A stretch of DNA of 64,000 nucleotides from Tubiluchus corallicola (GCA_030141605.1 JAQGDQ010000009.1:1426001-1490000), one strand, 5' to 3'. Counted from the first letter of the stretch, positions 13,225 through 30,274 are shown. Numbers and translations: made by a program. Notes: generated by a model not told the origin, from the sequence alone.

Positions 13225-14439
13225 GCAAAAATATATATTTATGTACTATATATACCTATATACTTTATATCAACATTTAACAGTTATTTGGCCCTGATGG
13301 CGATGGTAATGAATTATGTTGTTGCTGCTGATGCTGCTACTGTTGATGATGATGATAACACCGACGATTGCGTTATGTTGATGATGGTCCTGGGTTGCGT
13401 GTAGATGTGTCTAATACTGGGTCTAAATGTATCGGGCTGCAACCACACAGTCTTGAGTTCAACTCTAGTCGCTGCAAACGCCAGGGCATATACTCTATAT
13501 GTTATTGTTGTTTATGTGTTAGGTCCATACGGTTCTGTTCGTTGTAAGTCTCTAACTAACCGCTAGTGCTAATGTTGTCTGCTAAACAAGCGACAGTAAG
13601 TAAATGTTGAAAAGCAAGTAACCTTTTGAAAATCCATGGCTTTTTTCGAAGAAGTTATTTATCATCAGATTTATATAACATGCGAACATGCGTTAATACG
13701 AACTGCAAATCTGTATAAAGAGACATTGTATATGATTGTAATGTATATTAATCTGCAGATTTAGTATTAAGTGAGACCCATAACTAAACAATTACGAGGC
13801 ACTACAGACCTGAATTAATTCTCATTAAAACTATTGTTAGTCACAAATGTATGGCTCGATTTTAAAAATACACAAGCTATTCTCAGGCCTAATAACAAAA
13901 TTCAAAAGCATAATATAAGTCTCGTGTCTGTTTTCTTCTAATTAGTGAAAAATTTAGTAATGTCATTGAAATGCTGTTAATGATATCCTTGGGTGATATG
14001 TGACTTTCATGTACAATTGCAGCGTCACAGCAGTATGAATTACTGAATATAGTCATATTACGGTTTAAAACCTTAAAGCACAAGGCAACACCTTCATTAA
14101 TAAGACTTAAAATTCGTGTTAAAAGTTTACCTCCCTTACACGCTGTCTTATTACATACAGAGCTTGCGTTAGCAGTAATGTTGCATAAACTTGTAAGCTT
14201 GAACTTGCGCGATAACCATTAAGTGCAGCCATTTTAACGGTTAGTCGTTTAAAACGAGTTTAGATAACATTTTGCGTAAAGTTTGAAGAATTATCCGAGC
14301 ATCCGCAACACACTCTTCGCTAGCTAAGCGAAATTTTAAATTACTAAATAAGATCAGTAACATGTTTTTTGGTGAATCAGTGGTGCACGCTGGGATGGTG
14401 ACACATTGCTGTTTTACCAGGTAGGGATTATTATGTTGC

Positions 14440-14477
14440 CTCTCTCCCTCTCTCTCTCCCTCTCGCCCTCCCTCTCT

Positions 14478-14566
<89 letters not shown>

Positions 14567-14578
14567 TCTCCCTCTTTT
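14440..14578. repeat. (CT)n microsatellite, interrupted
   Basis: Visible directly. Confidence 0.95.
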
Positions 14579-17500
14579 TGAATTACATAAGTCATTCAAA
14601 CAAGTAAGCGTAATGCTAAAAAACTAGAAAAGTTTTGCATGGAAAGTTCTTTAAAATATACTTTTCTTCCCCTTAAAATAATGCCGAAAGAGTTGGTCTC
14701 CAGGCAGCGAATTTTCACTCTTTTTCTATTACAGGTACTTTGTTGTCGCCGGGCAGCGCATGTGTGGATTACTGAAGTTTCGGTGACTTTAAAGTCTCTC
14801 ACGAAATTCAGACTTCAATAACACCTGACCCTTTTACGACACCGTAGTTAACACTTTTCTCCTGTAATAAAGCTTTAAAAAAGTTTTATTAATTTATAGT
14901 TTGTGATTTAATGACCAATAAACAGAACGAGAGTTGTTCAGTGCAGGACGAAAAGAGGCTCCTCCGTTTCCTCACTTTTCCTTACCTTTTCCCCAGGCGT
15001 GGCAATAGTTCCTCTCACATTTGAAGGGTGCTTTGTAAAAACCGCTTATCAGTCAAATTTTCTAAACAAACTTTTTTCACTTTTACTCTTTAGAAATGTT
15101 GATTTTCAATTTCTTTGATTTTGAGAAACAATTGCTTTGTTTTATGTGGGCGTGGCATTACGTGTTAAATGTTCAAGGTTTTTCCTTGTAATGAGAATTA
15201 CTTTCGTCTGGCCTATAAAGCGAGAATTGTGCGTGAAAAAAACTAAAAACGTACTATTCTATCCGAACCCGAAAAAGGTATTCATCGCATTTTGCTCAGA
15301 AGTAAATTAAATATAAGCTCTTTATAAATTGTTTGTAACGAAAATTTGGCAGCATTTTGTAAATGGACTACAGCAATTTATCATATCTAGCAACATCATT
15401 TATAGATCATGTAAATCTGTAATCAGACTGTTTATGCATATGTAGAAAATACTGTATATGTTTAAAACATGAGCATTTTAAAAATCGGAGAAGTCAACAG
15501 CAGGGGGCGCTTGACTTCCAACAAAGTGTGCGTTGAAACCAAAACGCACATAAGTAGAAATGTTAAAATTGTAATATTTTAGTACTCTAAATAATTACAA
15601 AACATTGCTGATAAACAAACTGCTGCAAGTGATTTAGTTATATTGATATATAAGGCAATAGGGCAAAACATTCATTTTGCAAACGAGTTATGTACCATAG
15701 TTTTATAAACTGTGATTTGTTGGTTACACGTAATATAATGTAATAATATAATGTAATAATACTACTATAATAAGTAGTATTACACATAGTTAGCTACTAG
15801 GTAATTAATCCTGTGTTTTGTTTGTTTGTTTGTTTATTTGTTTGTTTGTTTGTTTAATAATCTATTGCACATTTAGACTTTGCTTTATGTACGTCGTATA
15901 AAATAATGAAGTAATACCAATTAATATGAATGCAGTAACTTACGCACAGATTCCGCATTCAGTTTGTATTACGGGTTTATAATTTCAATAAAATTAAAAT
16001 AAAATTAAAAAAAATTTAATTATGAACACTTTTTGGAGACGAATTCGGTAATAATTGGTCAGACATAATAATTCGAAGAAAACTCGTCATTTGCAGGTGC
16101 AAAACGTTTTACGGTCGTAAAATGTTTTTGACATAAACCTAAACACGCCTTTACTCTTGCTTGAAAATAAACTATCGACGGTTGGCTTTCTAAACTTAAA
16201 AGGTAGAAAAAATGACAAATTAAACCCGTATTTCGTTACTCTTCTACTTATTAAGCTAATTATAAAAACTGCTGCTATTTCTCAAGCAGGATATGAGAAT
16301 CGCATTATGGTTTGTAGTAAGACAAGTAATTATAGAGACTTAAATCTGATGATGATGTGGTGATGTGATGAAATCTTAATAAGGTTATATGATGAGGAAG
16401 TAAAATATTATGAGTGCAAGACCTATCATTTAAATTAAGAGAATTTGATTTTTCAGAATTTTTTATTATTGATTCAACAATTTGTTACTTCGAGATGTTA
16501 TTGGGAAGGGAATTATTCTAACATTATTATAAGGTGTTATCAGTTGCTTTTACATGGTAAACAGTGCAATTTTCAAACTTTTGAATTTTGATATCATGGA
16601 TGTGATCGTTAAGATATGCGTTTATGTCACGGTTTACTTCATCAAAGTAAGTTTATCGCATGAATTACAGCCAATTTATGCAAAGTTATCAGCAGTTTTT
16701 CATGCATAGAACCTAGGTATGAAGAGAACATAAGCAATATATTAAATTTTCTTTATACTGAGAGCTTTTTATTAAAGGTTCTTGTATATAAAAAATTAAG
16801 CAGTGTTGCACATCGCAGCTTTCTAAAGTTTTTCAAGAAAATACGTTACGGCGCAGTCGAATTTCTTCATCATACGTCAACAGGACATTCGACTGTCGGC
16901 TATTACAAAGCTAATAAGGAGTTAAACAGTGACCCAGTGTTCACAGGTGTACTGTCGTTTATTGATGCTACAAAAATGTTAAACGTATTTCGACAAAAAG
17001 CCGCCAACTTTCACAGCCAGGGCCTGTGTCACGGTGCTAGCAGGTGCAAGGTGCCCTGGGGGGCATAGGGACATCTTCTCCGCACCCCACCGCCCCTCGC
17101 ATTCAGCGCACCAAGTCGCTGATGAACTTTTCAACAAAGTTGAATCATCGTCAATAAGTTTGTTCGGTTTTCTCACGACGGCGAGCACAATACAACTGCC
17201 AGGTGATTGCATAAAGAAACGGCGATGATTTCTCTACATGTGCCAATTAGGCGAGGTGATAATTACAGTGCAGCCCTGTAGATGTTTTGCCTCGCGCTAA
17301 ATCGTTGTCTTCATGAAACGCACTTTTGTATTTGCTCAGATTTTACAGCATCGGCGCGTATAATTTTCACCACCTCCCGTCGTGAGATGTTCTATGCGCG
17401 GTTATTATCAGTGCTGAGATTTTCTATAAAATATCGTTAAATACAATTAGCTTAGCATCATTGCACGCTTTCGTGCGTCAGATAACAACGCATTGAACAA

Positions 17501-17877
17501 ACTACCATAATGTGCTTTTATGTTGCCTTTTGAAAAGGTGTAAAACCGAACAATGAGCAGACAAAATACTGCTAGAATTAGTCATAAAGTTTACAGGAAA
17601 CTTCCTGTGGAAATCATGCACAGTTCTCATAGTTGTGGAGTTGTGATCTGAATCCAGGTCTTTGCTGCCATTAATTTGCTTATATTTTCGTTCTATCTAA
17701 CATGCTGATTCCAGTGAAGAATCAGAAGAAGACCAGAAGGAGTTTTGAGACCTAAACGAAAAGTGCTCGGCAGATAGAAAAGATGTGGCATACATGGACG
17801 CTTAAAAATGGCGAATTAATTTTCTTTATTTTAGAATTCTGCCTGCCCGATGTCTACGATAGACGTAACGAGGGTTT

Positions 17878-17975
17878 ACGGATACTTGGGCACAAAATGT
17901 TTGACCACAGTCATTTGGTCTCTGGATATTTGGACATCAGTATTTCGGCCCCAGATTTAGGTCCCAGACGTTTGC
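17878..17975. repeat. Degenerate ~15-bp tandem repeat (ATTTGGTCCCAGA-like)
   Basis: About six diverged units such as CATTTGGTCTCTGGA, TATTTGGACATCAG, TATTTCGGCCCCAGA and TTTAGGTCCCAGA. Confidence 0.55.
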
Positions 17976-20900
17976 TGTTCAATTTGGTAAAGTTTTTGGC
18001 CAAGAATGTAATATCTACTATGAACTTTGTGAAGTGATACCTTCTAAATGTGATCAGAAAATTGCGAAATTCGAAATTGGACTTCAATTGTTTAGATTTA
18101 TTGCTATTTCAAACAACATGGCCAAACATAACCTGGTGATCTTTGGAGGAAAAAACGCACCAGCCTGAAAAAAGGCACCAATTCTGATTCACGCCTTTAT
18201 TTTTCCATTATTCATTCAATATTATATTGCTTTTAAGATACAGAAATTCCCCTTCTCCGTGGTTTCTTCCTATTGGGTAGAGAGTTAAAAATTCAAAGGT
18301 TAAAAGTTATTATAATACGAAAGAATGAAAATGAAGTTGCAAAGAAACATGCAATCTTTATTTTCCATTGTTTGATACTTCCGTAGCAAGAGGCCTGCGT
18401 TACAAGAATATCACTGAAACCACCAGAATTATATTGAACTGAAAATCCCATCGTGGCATTTGTATTTACTTACTGTGTTGCTACTTTTTCCTGACGTTTT
18501 TTTACTTTTTTGAACTCCTTTTTTTATTAATGTGGTCATAAACCAAAAATTTCTTCCAAAAATAAATGCAAAAACTTTAACAAATCACAAGAAAATACTA
18601 TTTTTTATTATTTTTATTTTATTATTTATTTATGATTCATCTATGAAGAGAAGTCAAAAGTAACTGGCATAATATCCCATTTCTACAGAGGCTATTGTAA
18701 ATTAATGCATCAGACCAGTTTTATCAGCAAATTAAAAAAAGTTAATACAATTACGGATAAAAGTACGTACTCACTGAGCGAGCTTTATGTTTACGACCAT
18801 ACGGCTGCTACAAGACGAATTGTTAGGCAATGGTGAATATGTCAGTCGGAAGATGTGATGTATCAGTATTAACAACGAAAGGAAAAAACAACGCCCAGAT
18901 ATTTAGTGGGTTTCAGGAAAACGTAAAACTCATTGTTTGACATTACCCCGTTTTATCCTTTGTCAATTAAAACATCGTAAACTAAACCAATTTTTATTAT
19001 TGGTCTATTTTACCACTTATTACAAATGTACCAATTATAATTGGTAAAATAAACCGCAACGGTTTATAAAAATTCTGGCAATCACAGTGATAATTAATTA
19101 ATGATATTATTAGTTGCGAACTAATTTGGGAAAACAAACGACAGTGTGTAAAATGTAAAGTTGCTGCTAAAAGTAAAGAATAATAGGACACCACAGTACA
19201 ATATAACCGCACAAATATCATGTGCAAATAAATTAAAAGTGCGCATAAAAGGAAGAAAACAGAATTTTTACAGTAAAATTGCTCGTTCCTTAGTCTTAGT
19301 GAGAAATAAATAAATAAATTTGCGGCGCTACTACACTTACACAAGTGTAATTATAATTTCGACAATTTCCGCCCACACTAATGATGTTCATACCGCATAT
19401 GCGAACTATGTTGTTCTAATGATTTGCTACCTAATAAGGTGCCAGTGTGACGTAATTACAAACATGACGTAATGAAAGCACCTGCCCGTGATTTAATGCA
19501 TGAAAACAATAATTAAATAAGTCATTAGGAGAGCATTATCTAAATGAAAAAGAGCTGAAAACCATATTCACCCAGACTGTGCTTTTGTTCACTTCCAGGG
19601 GGAGGGGAGGGAGAGGAACAACAGAACGTAGTTTCACATCTCCCCGGGACATTTCCGCAGGGTAATTATCCTCATTATCATCATTTAGTGAAGTTTTAGT
19701 CTTTTAGTTATTGCCCTTGTGGCTCCCCGCAGCTGTGCACCTGACGGAGACACTACCAGGGCATCTTCCATTTAACCAAGCAATGCCAGTAGCTGATTTT
19801 CGCGACGGGTGTTTCCGTTAGTAGCTAATTAAACCGAAGATCAGTGAATTATTGGTTAATGGGAACTGTGAATTACTGTGAAGTGCATTTCAATGTGGTC
19901 TTGTTCGAGTCCTAACTTTCCCATGGCCTGCGCCTTGTGAACGTCTTTAAGAGAAGGTTTAGCGTGAGTTGAACAGTTGACTAAGCCATATAGCTTGACA
20001 ATGTCAGCAAGGCTGCAAGGGTGTAATTTAGGGAGGAAGGAAAATGTTAATAACTTCTATAGCGACCTGCAAGAAGCTCCAATAACAATTTATCGATTGT
20101 CTGAAAATGTTCTTCTAGAGAACAACTGTTCTCATATTGTACATTAGTTTGGAACGCCAAAACAGGAGGGGAGGGAGTCTAAACCTAAGGTGGCCGGACC
20201 TTCCTATAGTTAGTTTTTATTTTTCTTCTTTAAATGCTGCATAGTTTCTTTTGCCAAGACGGCAGTTGCTAGCTTTTTCGTCAGATGTTTCCAATTCCCA
20301 AATTTCCTTTGAACATATTTCGAAACTTCTTTGGTTTAGCAATAATAGAACGCCAATAAAGATGCTAGTGGCGCAATACTTTTTAACTTTTTGCTGTCAT
20401 TAAATTAGTTTAATTCTTAATGACAACAACAGTGAACAGTGACAATTAATAAAAAATGTCGCGATTAACAAAACAAGGAAAAAAAGAAAATTGTTTTACT
20501 TTGTCGGATTTTTTCAACTTGGTTAAGAATTAATCTGTTATTATGGTTCCCTGTGTTATAGCATTACATTCGTGTTTATCTTCCTCAGTTTCTTTTTGTT
20601 TCATTTCCTCGCTTAGGCCCTACTGGGTGACATGTTCTTCTATTTCCTCGCTTTTTTCGCAAGTTTTTTATTGAATTTTGCTGCCACTATATCACAACAA
20701 ATTTATTGGCAATCTTCAATTTTAGACAAATTTGTAGATGTTTTCTTAATTGATATTGACAATAGTTCAAGGTACGTAGTAATCTCGCCAGGCTGCTGCC
20801 TATACAGGTAAAAGTCAGCCATGTTCGCTTTTCCTGTTGGGTATTAAAAATAAATGTAATCCTTGGATTTTCGTCACGAGATTTTCTCTCTGTTGTGGAA

Positions 20901-23524
20901 ATTCATTTGTTATAATTTACTTCATGAAATGGCTGTGACTTGCCTGTTCGCTTACGAAGACCTTTTCCTGTATTAGCAAGTTTGGGAAGTTTAAAAATGT
21001 ACCTTTTTTTGTTTTTTAACAAGTTTCAACAGATATCTCGCGTAAATATGTGGCCGAGTAGCTCCCAAAGTAACTTCAGTAAACCAATGCTCAGTAGTAA
21101 TGTTATACAAAAGCACTATTTAGCGAAATAGCATAGAAGCGTTTGAGTATACAATAACCACGCGGTGAATCATTTGGATGAAATGTTATATTGTTATATA
21201 CCATAATTTATAGAAACGAGTTATTATAGGTGGGAGGGTCGTTTACTTACGGAAGATTAGTTAGTTAATGCTTACACGTGCTGTAGTCTCTTAGTCCAGA
21301 AGCTGCATGTATTAAGAGCAGGAAGGACCCACTGCTGGGTTAATCGCTCGTATATACTAAACTGTCGATGCATCACTAATAATTAACATCGGAACTAAAC
21401 TTCTGGACAATGTCCAGATCGCGCTAACCTTGGCCAGAACAACATCCTAGCTGGCGTTTCTTCCTGTCTCCACAATTAGACAAGCAAACAAACAAACAAA
21501 CAAAGCTACTTGGTTAGTTTTTTCACAAAAATTACAGGAAATACACGTAGTAATTCAGCACCGAATAGAAGTGATTTTCAGTAAGGTGTTCTCAGGGTTG
21601 GACTCAAATTTAACAGGTAGATGAAGGTGTGAGTCATCAAGGCGTCCGGCTGAAGCCCATGCTGTGACAGGTGCCCTTTAATAATATGTTATGATTATCC
21701 TTTGTGAAGGTGACCGTTAAATATGGTGTGTGCCGCTTGGTCTTATGTGAATGCTGCTAGATTCAGTTCTTAATATTGGCAATGTTCCTAATATATATTG
21801 ACAATGACAACAATGATAAAAACCTACAAGTATTTTATTGTTAGATACCTACAAACCTACATATTATTGTAAATTACGCACCCACATAGATCTAATATCT
21901 AAAATATAAGATTATAGTGACTTTCGCTCCTAAATTAATGAATGTGTAGGTGAAGCTGAATGTAATAAGCATGCAATCATTAATTTTCTATTTTTCAAAT
22001 GAGATCGTTACATATGTGATCATCGGTGTAGTCATTATGTGACAATGAATTGTTGATGGCGGTTTTCTTTCTTCTCTAAAACTCATAAACTGAAATTTAA
22101 TCAAATTACAACCCGATAAGCTTTGATTTTTGCTGTTATAAAAACAATTGTTATTACATGATTGTTTTGACTGGTTTCCCTGGTTGGGAAGGCAGCACCT
22201 AGAAATAAAAACATTTAATTCAATTCGCATTTGTTGCTACTTAACAATGCAGTTTTGAGATTTGTTGTCTCATAATAATTTCTTCTCATACGACGCCAAT
22301 ATTAATTTCAGCAAATACTGATACATGTATCTCTAAATATAAGAACCTTAAAGTGGAAAATGAGCAATTGTAACACTGTTACAAAAATGCAAACTCAGGG
22401 TGGGGAAAGGGGATACAGGGGAGTAAGGGAGGCCTGCAGGTAGTATGCTCACGTAGTTTTTATGTTAAAAGAGACCCAGTTAAGTGTAATTCATTGTCTT
22501 GAGTGGACAATGGCTTTGCTTAGGACGATTTGAATAAAGAAAAATAGAGAAAAACAGTCTATTAAAATGACTATAGCACTAAAAAAACAATTCGGCTACT
22601 GCAAAATACTAAAACATATCACATTTATGGAGTTTAATCAGAGGTTTAATGTGGGCCCAAAATTACAGAGAGAAAGCTATGTCCTCGACGTCCTTGAACA
22701 TATAATTTTGCTTAAACTATTACACGCTAATTTGCTCGGAAGTTTTTGCCAGCAGCTTGGAGTTATAATTTTGTGGCAGAGATAATCACTCCAAACCCTT
22801 TCTTACAATAAGAGCTTACAAGCTTGGCTACACCAGTTTACTTTTGCCGAAAATTACACCCCCCTAATTTTGCGGAGTGTTATAGAGAATTGTTGTCAGA
22901 TCTGTCGTCGGATGAGTATCTCTCTTTTGGCATAAAGAGAAAACGAGCAAATTATGATCATTTACACGGGCGACTGCGCAGCATTCTACCTCTTCCGCTG
23001 CGCTTCTTTGCAGAACTCCGCCTCCCCGCTGACAATATGGCTGAAGGAACAGGAGGAACTTGGACGGTAAAAAAGAGAGGTGAAGAATACACGTTTCAGC
23101 CATGTTTTACCTGTCCAAAATGCGTGAGTCATTCAGAGCAGCAGGACAGCGTCTGTTGGTACACCTTCCCCTCTGTGATGTCTCAAGTAAATTTGCTGCC
23201 TAATGATAGGGTAACCATTTATGCACTAACTGCTAGCTTGTTATTACCAATAAACATATAAACACCGCTGGATTAGTCTGTCTGCAGAATAATGAAGGTG
23301 GCTCAACAATCGTTAAACTTTTTGCACCATTTCAGCTGGAAAACCAACAACGGTTAATTACTGTGTGGGGAAATATTAGGGACAAATATTAGGAAATATG
23401 ACGCACTAACTGTGGACACTTATAAGATAAACACTTTAAATTCTATCAAATTTTTATCTACTCTTTATTCAGAATTGAACGTTTGTAGTCTATAACTGAT
23501 ATGTTAGTTGACTCCTGAACTTCC

Positions 23525-24448
<924 letters not shown>

Positions 24449-24765
24449 CCACGCTTTTAATAGGCTTAAACAAAGGTATTTTGAGATGGGCCTAATTCTT
24501 CTGTAGCATTTGCAAAACGTTATAATACAGCATAAAGTACATGCATAATTTTAGTAGACCAAGAAAAATTACACAAGGGTAAAAGGAAAGTAAAAGAGTT
24601 TTTACAACCAAAGTGAACAAACCATTAGTTTGTTTGATTGTTTATTGATTAATTCATTCAGTCATTTGTCTATATATCATTGTCTGCTTCTTTTTTGCCT
24701 CTGCTTGCCCACATATCCATTTGTTTAATCAAGTAAGTTTGCCAATTACATTTGACCAGCAATGT

Positions 24766-24932
24766 ATTCATTCATTCATTCATTCATTCATTCATTCATT
24801 CATTCATTCATTCATTCATTCATTCATTCATTCAGCTATTCATTTATTTATTTGTTCAGCCATTGAAGCACCCATTTATTCAGTCATCCGTCCATCCATC
24901 CATCACTCATTCATTCATTCATTCATTCATTC
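24766..24932. repeat. (CATT)n microsatellite
   Basis: Visible directly. Confidence 0.9.
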
Positions 24933-26345
24933 ACTAGTTTAAATAAACAAGTAAATAAACAAATAAATGGATAAATGATTATAAATGGCCGTGTGTAGAT
25001 CGCTCAAGTGTACAAGGACCAAATGTAAAAAAATACAAAAATATCTATGAGGCTTACTTTCATGGAAAATAAATCAGCTAGTTAGATCGCCATAATGGTC
25101 TTTCTCTATTATGGGGTCTACATTCACTTGTTTTGGCGTCTTGTGAAAACATTAACTAAAGTTACTGAAAAGTCCGTTACACTTGCTGCATGAAGTTTGC
25201 AAACGAATGTGATTTTTTGAAGTTTCCATAAGTCTGCCAATACCTGCTTGCATTATTTACCTTTCTTCTACCTGTCACTGACTACAGAGAAAAGTCGAAA
25301 ATTGGCCCGTTATTCTACTGAATTGTCGGTTTGGCTTGTACTGAGTTCCGGCTTATAGCCGCAATATTTACTTTTAGTATCAGTTCGATTTTTCAGCAAC
25401 TATATAGATGTTACAACTAATCGCAAAATTGCCAGTTTCTCTTTTGCTGTTGCCGAATTTAAATGATTTTGATAATTTTAAATGGTTTAATAATCAGTCG
25501 GTATTGTTTTGTATATACTTGTTCTTTTGTTTGATGGACTGATAATTGCTATGGCTTACGCTTTTAATTCAATAACCACTAATGATATTAAAATGAAGGT
25601 TTAAAAAGATGTTTTTCATACAGCATGTTCGGTTTAGCTGTTTAAAAGGTCCGTTTGCCGAGTGTAGAGCCATGAGTTCGAAGACACTAAACACTTGTTG
25701 CATTAAAATCTTCATGTTGATGCCCGTAACTGGTAATTCTGAGTTTAACAGTGCTTACTTACTTGCTTATTTATGTACTTATTCCAAACTGCTTGTTAAT
25801 TTGTTTGCTTTTTTGTTTATTTACTATTTTTATTTTTATGTACGCATTAGTTCATTTTCGTCATTTCTTTTATTTCATGGTTCATTTATTCATTCATTTC
25901 GTTCTTCTTTATTTGTTTGTCCATTTATTTATTTATCTATTAAATGATTCGGTAGTTCATAATATATCCCGTTTATTTGTTTGTTTGTTACAAGCATTCG
26001 TTCACTCGTTGTTTCGTTCATGTCTTCATTTTTATGTCATATATTTGTTTGTATTTTCTTGAAAGAAAGCTGGATGATTTTTCATGTCCGACCCCACTTT
26101 GAAGTACATTGAAAAGTCTTAACACCTACAATAATGCCAAAGTGTTTCTGATAATTAAATAATAAGTTAAAAACGTAATTAACTGCCGGCGAGCCCTTTA
26201 ATAACTGATCATAATTTTGAAAAGCACAAACTTTCCACGAGTGTTACACGTGTTTTTAGAAGTACAGTGCTACTGTACAACGTTCAGTGTGATACACAAA
26301 AACTCGGCGAATTTTAAATTTAAAAACTTAAATTTTAAGTTTAAA

Positions 26346-26460
26346 GCTGTGTTCACCTAAGAGCTCTGGAATGTGTCGCAACTGAACACATCTAAACGCT
26401 GCCTGTTTTTTATGCAATGTGTTTTCGAGATACAGGCGCTAGTGCCCATCTAGCTGGCGT
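26346..26460 (+). repeat. Dispersed repeat copy A (inverted partner at 32170-32307)
   Basis: Aligns with gaps to the reverse complement of 32170-32307, including an exact 20-mer CAGGCGCTAGTGCCCATCTA at 26433-26452. Confidence 0.8.
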
Positions 26461-29400
26461 ATGGCGAAATGCGTGTAACGGCGAAGAACTAACCTCACGA
26501 ACGATACACAATAATTCTTTCATGATAATAAAAATAATAAGTCATTCTTGAAAAAATAGTCTGTTCTGTTTCAATAATTTATACATTAGATTATTTTAAA
26601 CTATAGTTTAAGATTGGCCCGATTTTCCTTAAAGAATTGTAAGGTTAAATTCAGAATTACTTGTGATGCTTGTGGTAATTCAATATAGCTTACTGCAGGT
26701 AAAACACAAAATTAATAAGATAACTTCATTATTTTACCGCAAGGCGAACTTAACAGCAATACGGGAGCTACTTCCCCTCCTCCCACCGCGCTCCGCCCTT
26801 TCAGTTTTTGATCCAAGATAATTCTTTCTGATTTACAAGCAGAAGCCGCCATCGTCTACACTACTAGTTTCACATATAAGTTAATCAGATGTGATGGTTG
26901 ACAATTACCTCATAAGCAGAAAAACAAACATGCCACAAAAGGTAAAAGTTTAATCTTGCTCTGAACTCCGGATTCGAGCGTTTCAAAATGTCAGTAAGCA
27001 TTAACTCAGAGTAATCACTACGTCAAGTTGAAATGACATTATAAAACTGGTGATAAAATTAACTGCTTTGCGGCAAAACCGAGCTTTTGCTGAAAATTAC
27101 AATTCACGAGAACAAATTAATGCATGAAGCACGCATAGGCAGTCAACACAATGCAATGAAAACAGTGAAATCAAATGACTGTTTGCAAGCCTTTTCATTT
27201 TAAGGCACATTGGAGCCACATGGAAGCGTTCTGAAAACAATTTTGCACTACTTTTATTGCTCATTTTTACTGTAATTTATTGCAATTAATTACTAAAGCT
27301 TGTTATGAAATATAAAAATCTATTAATCTATTCTGAAGTTCCACTGGTGATTTTTGTTAACTGGTTATTGCCACACATTTTCTATTTCTCTTTTCTTATT
27401 AACTGTAACTTCTTTCCTCAAAACTATCTTGGCGTTTCACTTTTTACTTATGTCGCCACTGAACTTTGGGTCCCGTTCTGAAATTGCCTCTGAGTTACTC
27501 TTTGATTTTCCACACTTGAAACTGCTGAAACAACTTTTTGATTTGTTGCCGGGTTACACTCGCAAAATTCAAACATGCTTCTTTGTACCCCGTATACCCT
27601 CAGTTTGAACGCTGATTACAGTATACATTGTACAAAATGGTATTTCATAACTTAAGAATTGTAGCCACTTGGGTCATCTATATAAATGACCGTACTGTAC
27701 TGTATTCTTCGTTTTATCCGCTTTCGTGTTGTTTGTATTATTCAAGATACATATTATATATACGTATGATTCGTAAAAAGACTTTAGATCGATCGCTGGC
27801 GCACCACTCCTAGTTTTTACATCGCCATCCCAGTGTGCGCCATTGGTTCACCAAAAAACACATTGTTCATTTGACTGACGATATGAAGTACTTTTACTTA
27901 GCAAAGTATGTGCTACGAATGCTCTGATTATTTTCTCAAACTGTAAGCAATATTATCTAAACTTGTTTCATACGACTTACCGTTAAAATGGCCACCTGTA
28001 ATGATAATCGCAAGAGTTTAAATTTACAAGTTTTATACAGCGTTACTGCTAATGCAAGCTCTATATGCAGTAAGACAACATGTAAGTGATGGAAAATTTC
28101 AAGACGAATTTTTTTAACTTTATTTATGAAAAGTGTTGTTCTTGTCCTTTAAAAATCAGAGAGCTACTCAATAATAGTAGTCTTTAAAAGCGAAAGGAGT
28201 GAAGATATACTTTCGAAATGCTGACAGATTGATAGCGAAGGACAAGACGCAATTTCTTTTTTTGTATTTATATAGTTCGAAATCACACGCTTTTATTCCA
28301 CAACTCGGCAAATCATCAGCCACTCTGTAAACTCCCCACTCTATAACTCTTAATTACATTACTGTTGGCGCTGTTAGCGCTCGAGTGTTACATTCACAAA
28401 ACGTGAGATTTGATTGCGACGGTTTTTGTGTTTACAGAGAGCTCACAGACACGTGGACAGGTAGGCAGGTAAAAGAAGCCGGTAGCCCTTTGCTGATATT
28501 AAAATCGCTTGTAACACATGCGAACGGTGCCTAACAAAACAGAAAAGTAAACTGACAGATTGCCTAACGTTTCCTTCGTTGTATTAACAGACACTCAGAG
28601 TTATTAGAAGCTGAGAGAAAAATCTGTTTGTTTGACACGTGATAACAGAAACCACACGCAAACGAAACAGCTTCTCAATTAATTTACAACATTCAATTCT
28701 ATCAGTAATTTCTAGCTCGTACTATAAGCGTGCTATTTATAGGTTTTTTTATGATAATTCGGCAAACCTAGTCTCTATATTTATAAAACATATATAGATC
28801 ATTATCATTAACCACCGCACAGCAAACAAGAAATGTCACAAAAAAGTTAAAAAAACATTTTCTTTCATGAAAATATAGTGCCTATGTCTTCTCTTCAATA
28901 TATATAGTCATAACGTTTATTCGTATTAAAATAACTACATATATACATACAAAAAGAAATATTAATACACTAACTGTGTTTACTATTAATATAAATACAG
29001 TTAGTAAACGATAACACGTAAAACGTAAACGTACACGGTAGAAGTTTTAAGGAAAGTTAACTAGTTGCTATATATTCAAATATATCAATAATTTAGTTGT
29101 AATTTAAACCTATATAGTAAGCACAATTAAGACACATTAGAAATTCTCGCATATACAATAGCAGCATCTACGAAATCAACTGAGCAACAGATAATTCAGA
29201 TTTGTTTAATATATTCGAGTATATTTTCGAATATAATCACTTGCAATAATCATTTACACTACAACTATTAGGACTCTGCATATTATCAATGACCAGATTT
29301 TGAAAAGAGATTTGGCATTCTAGCTCAAAATTCTTCTTACATCACCATGGACAACCTGTGTTCGGTCAAATAAGCTTGAATATTAGCAAAAGTTCAATAT

Positions 29401-30243
29401 AAGCATGTAAATGTAAACCCTGTTTTTATCAGTTATAATTGAATTGCTTGTATTTGCAGACATTATCATGCAAATTATTGATGTTACAGAATAACTCTTT
29501 TTTGGCTCTAAATATGTGCGGCAGTAAATAATAATTACAGTATTTGCTTAACAACACTGGCTGCAAATAAAAACACAATATATTTACTTTTGTCTTCAAT
29601 AAAGATCTATCGTCGTAGTTGTGTTGTTTCAAAGTCTGCATTTTTTTATAATTTCTCAAGGTCAATTTTTGTATTCATTTCCATTCTTCATTATTAAAAA
29701 TCGTGTTTGTGTATTGGTCTAATAACAATGCAGTCATATGTGAAAACTTTTAGAGGTCGCAGTTCACTTTCGCTGAAATTTTGACAGTTAAAATGTCATT
29801 TATCGGTGCTAAATTAGGCGCGGAACTGCAGATGTTCACTCAGTAATAAGTGGGCACAATTCCCAAACCTCTTTACACGCTAACCAAGTGCTGCATTCTG
29901 TTCGGCTAATTAGGGCCGAATGACCACAGGTGACCAGTGGACGAATTAGCCAGGTAAGGCACTAATACTCAATCGAAATATGTTTGATCAGTGGTTAATA
30001 AGGTAAGTGAAACTGCAGGGAGTGAGGAGGCTATTGTCATCTTGAAGGCTTGTAATCTCGGAAAGCGACATCCGCAACATAATTTTAAGTTCTTTGCAGA
30101 ATCTTCCAATAATTTAGATAAACTTTGATTAATTGATTTACGTTTTAGTATAGATACGAATTTTCAGAATCAGAATATCTGTCAACGCATATTTATCATC
30201 TTTACCATTATCATCAGTAGTATCATCGTCGTCGTCGATGGCT

Positions 30244-30274
<31 letters not shown>

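Noticed and set aside
22824-23261. 145-aa plus-strand ORF
   Set aside because: Non-ATG start, no recognisable domain or convincing splice sites. Better explained as a GC-richer non-coding island.
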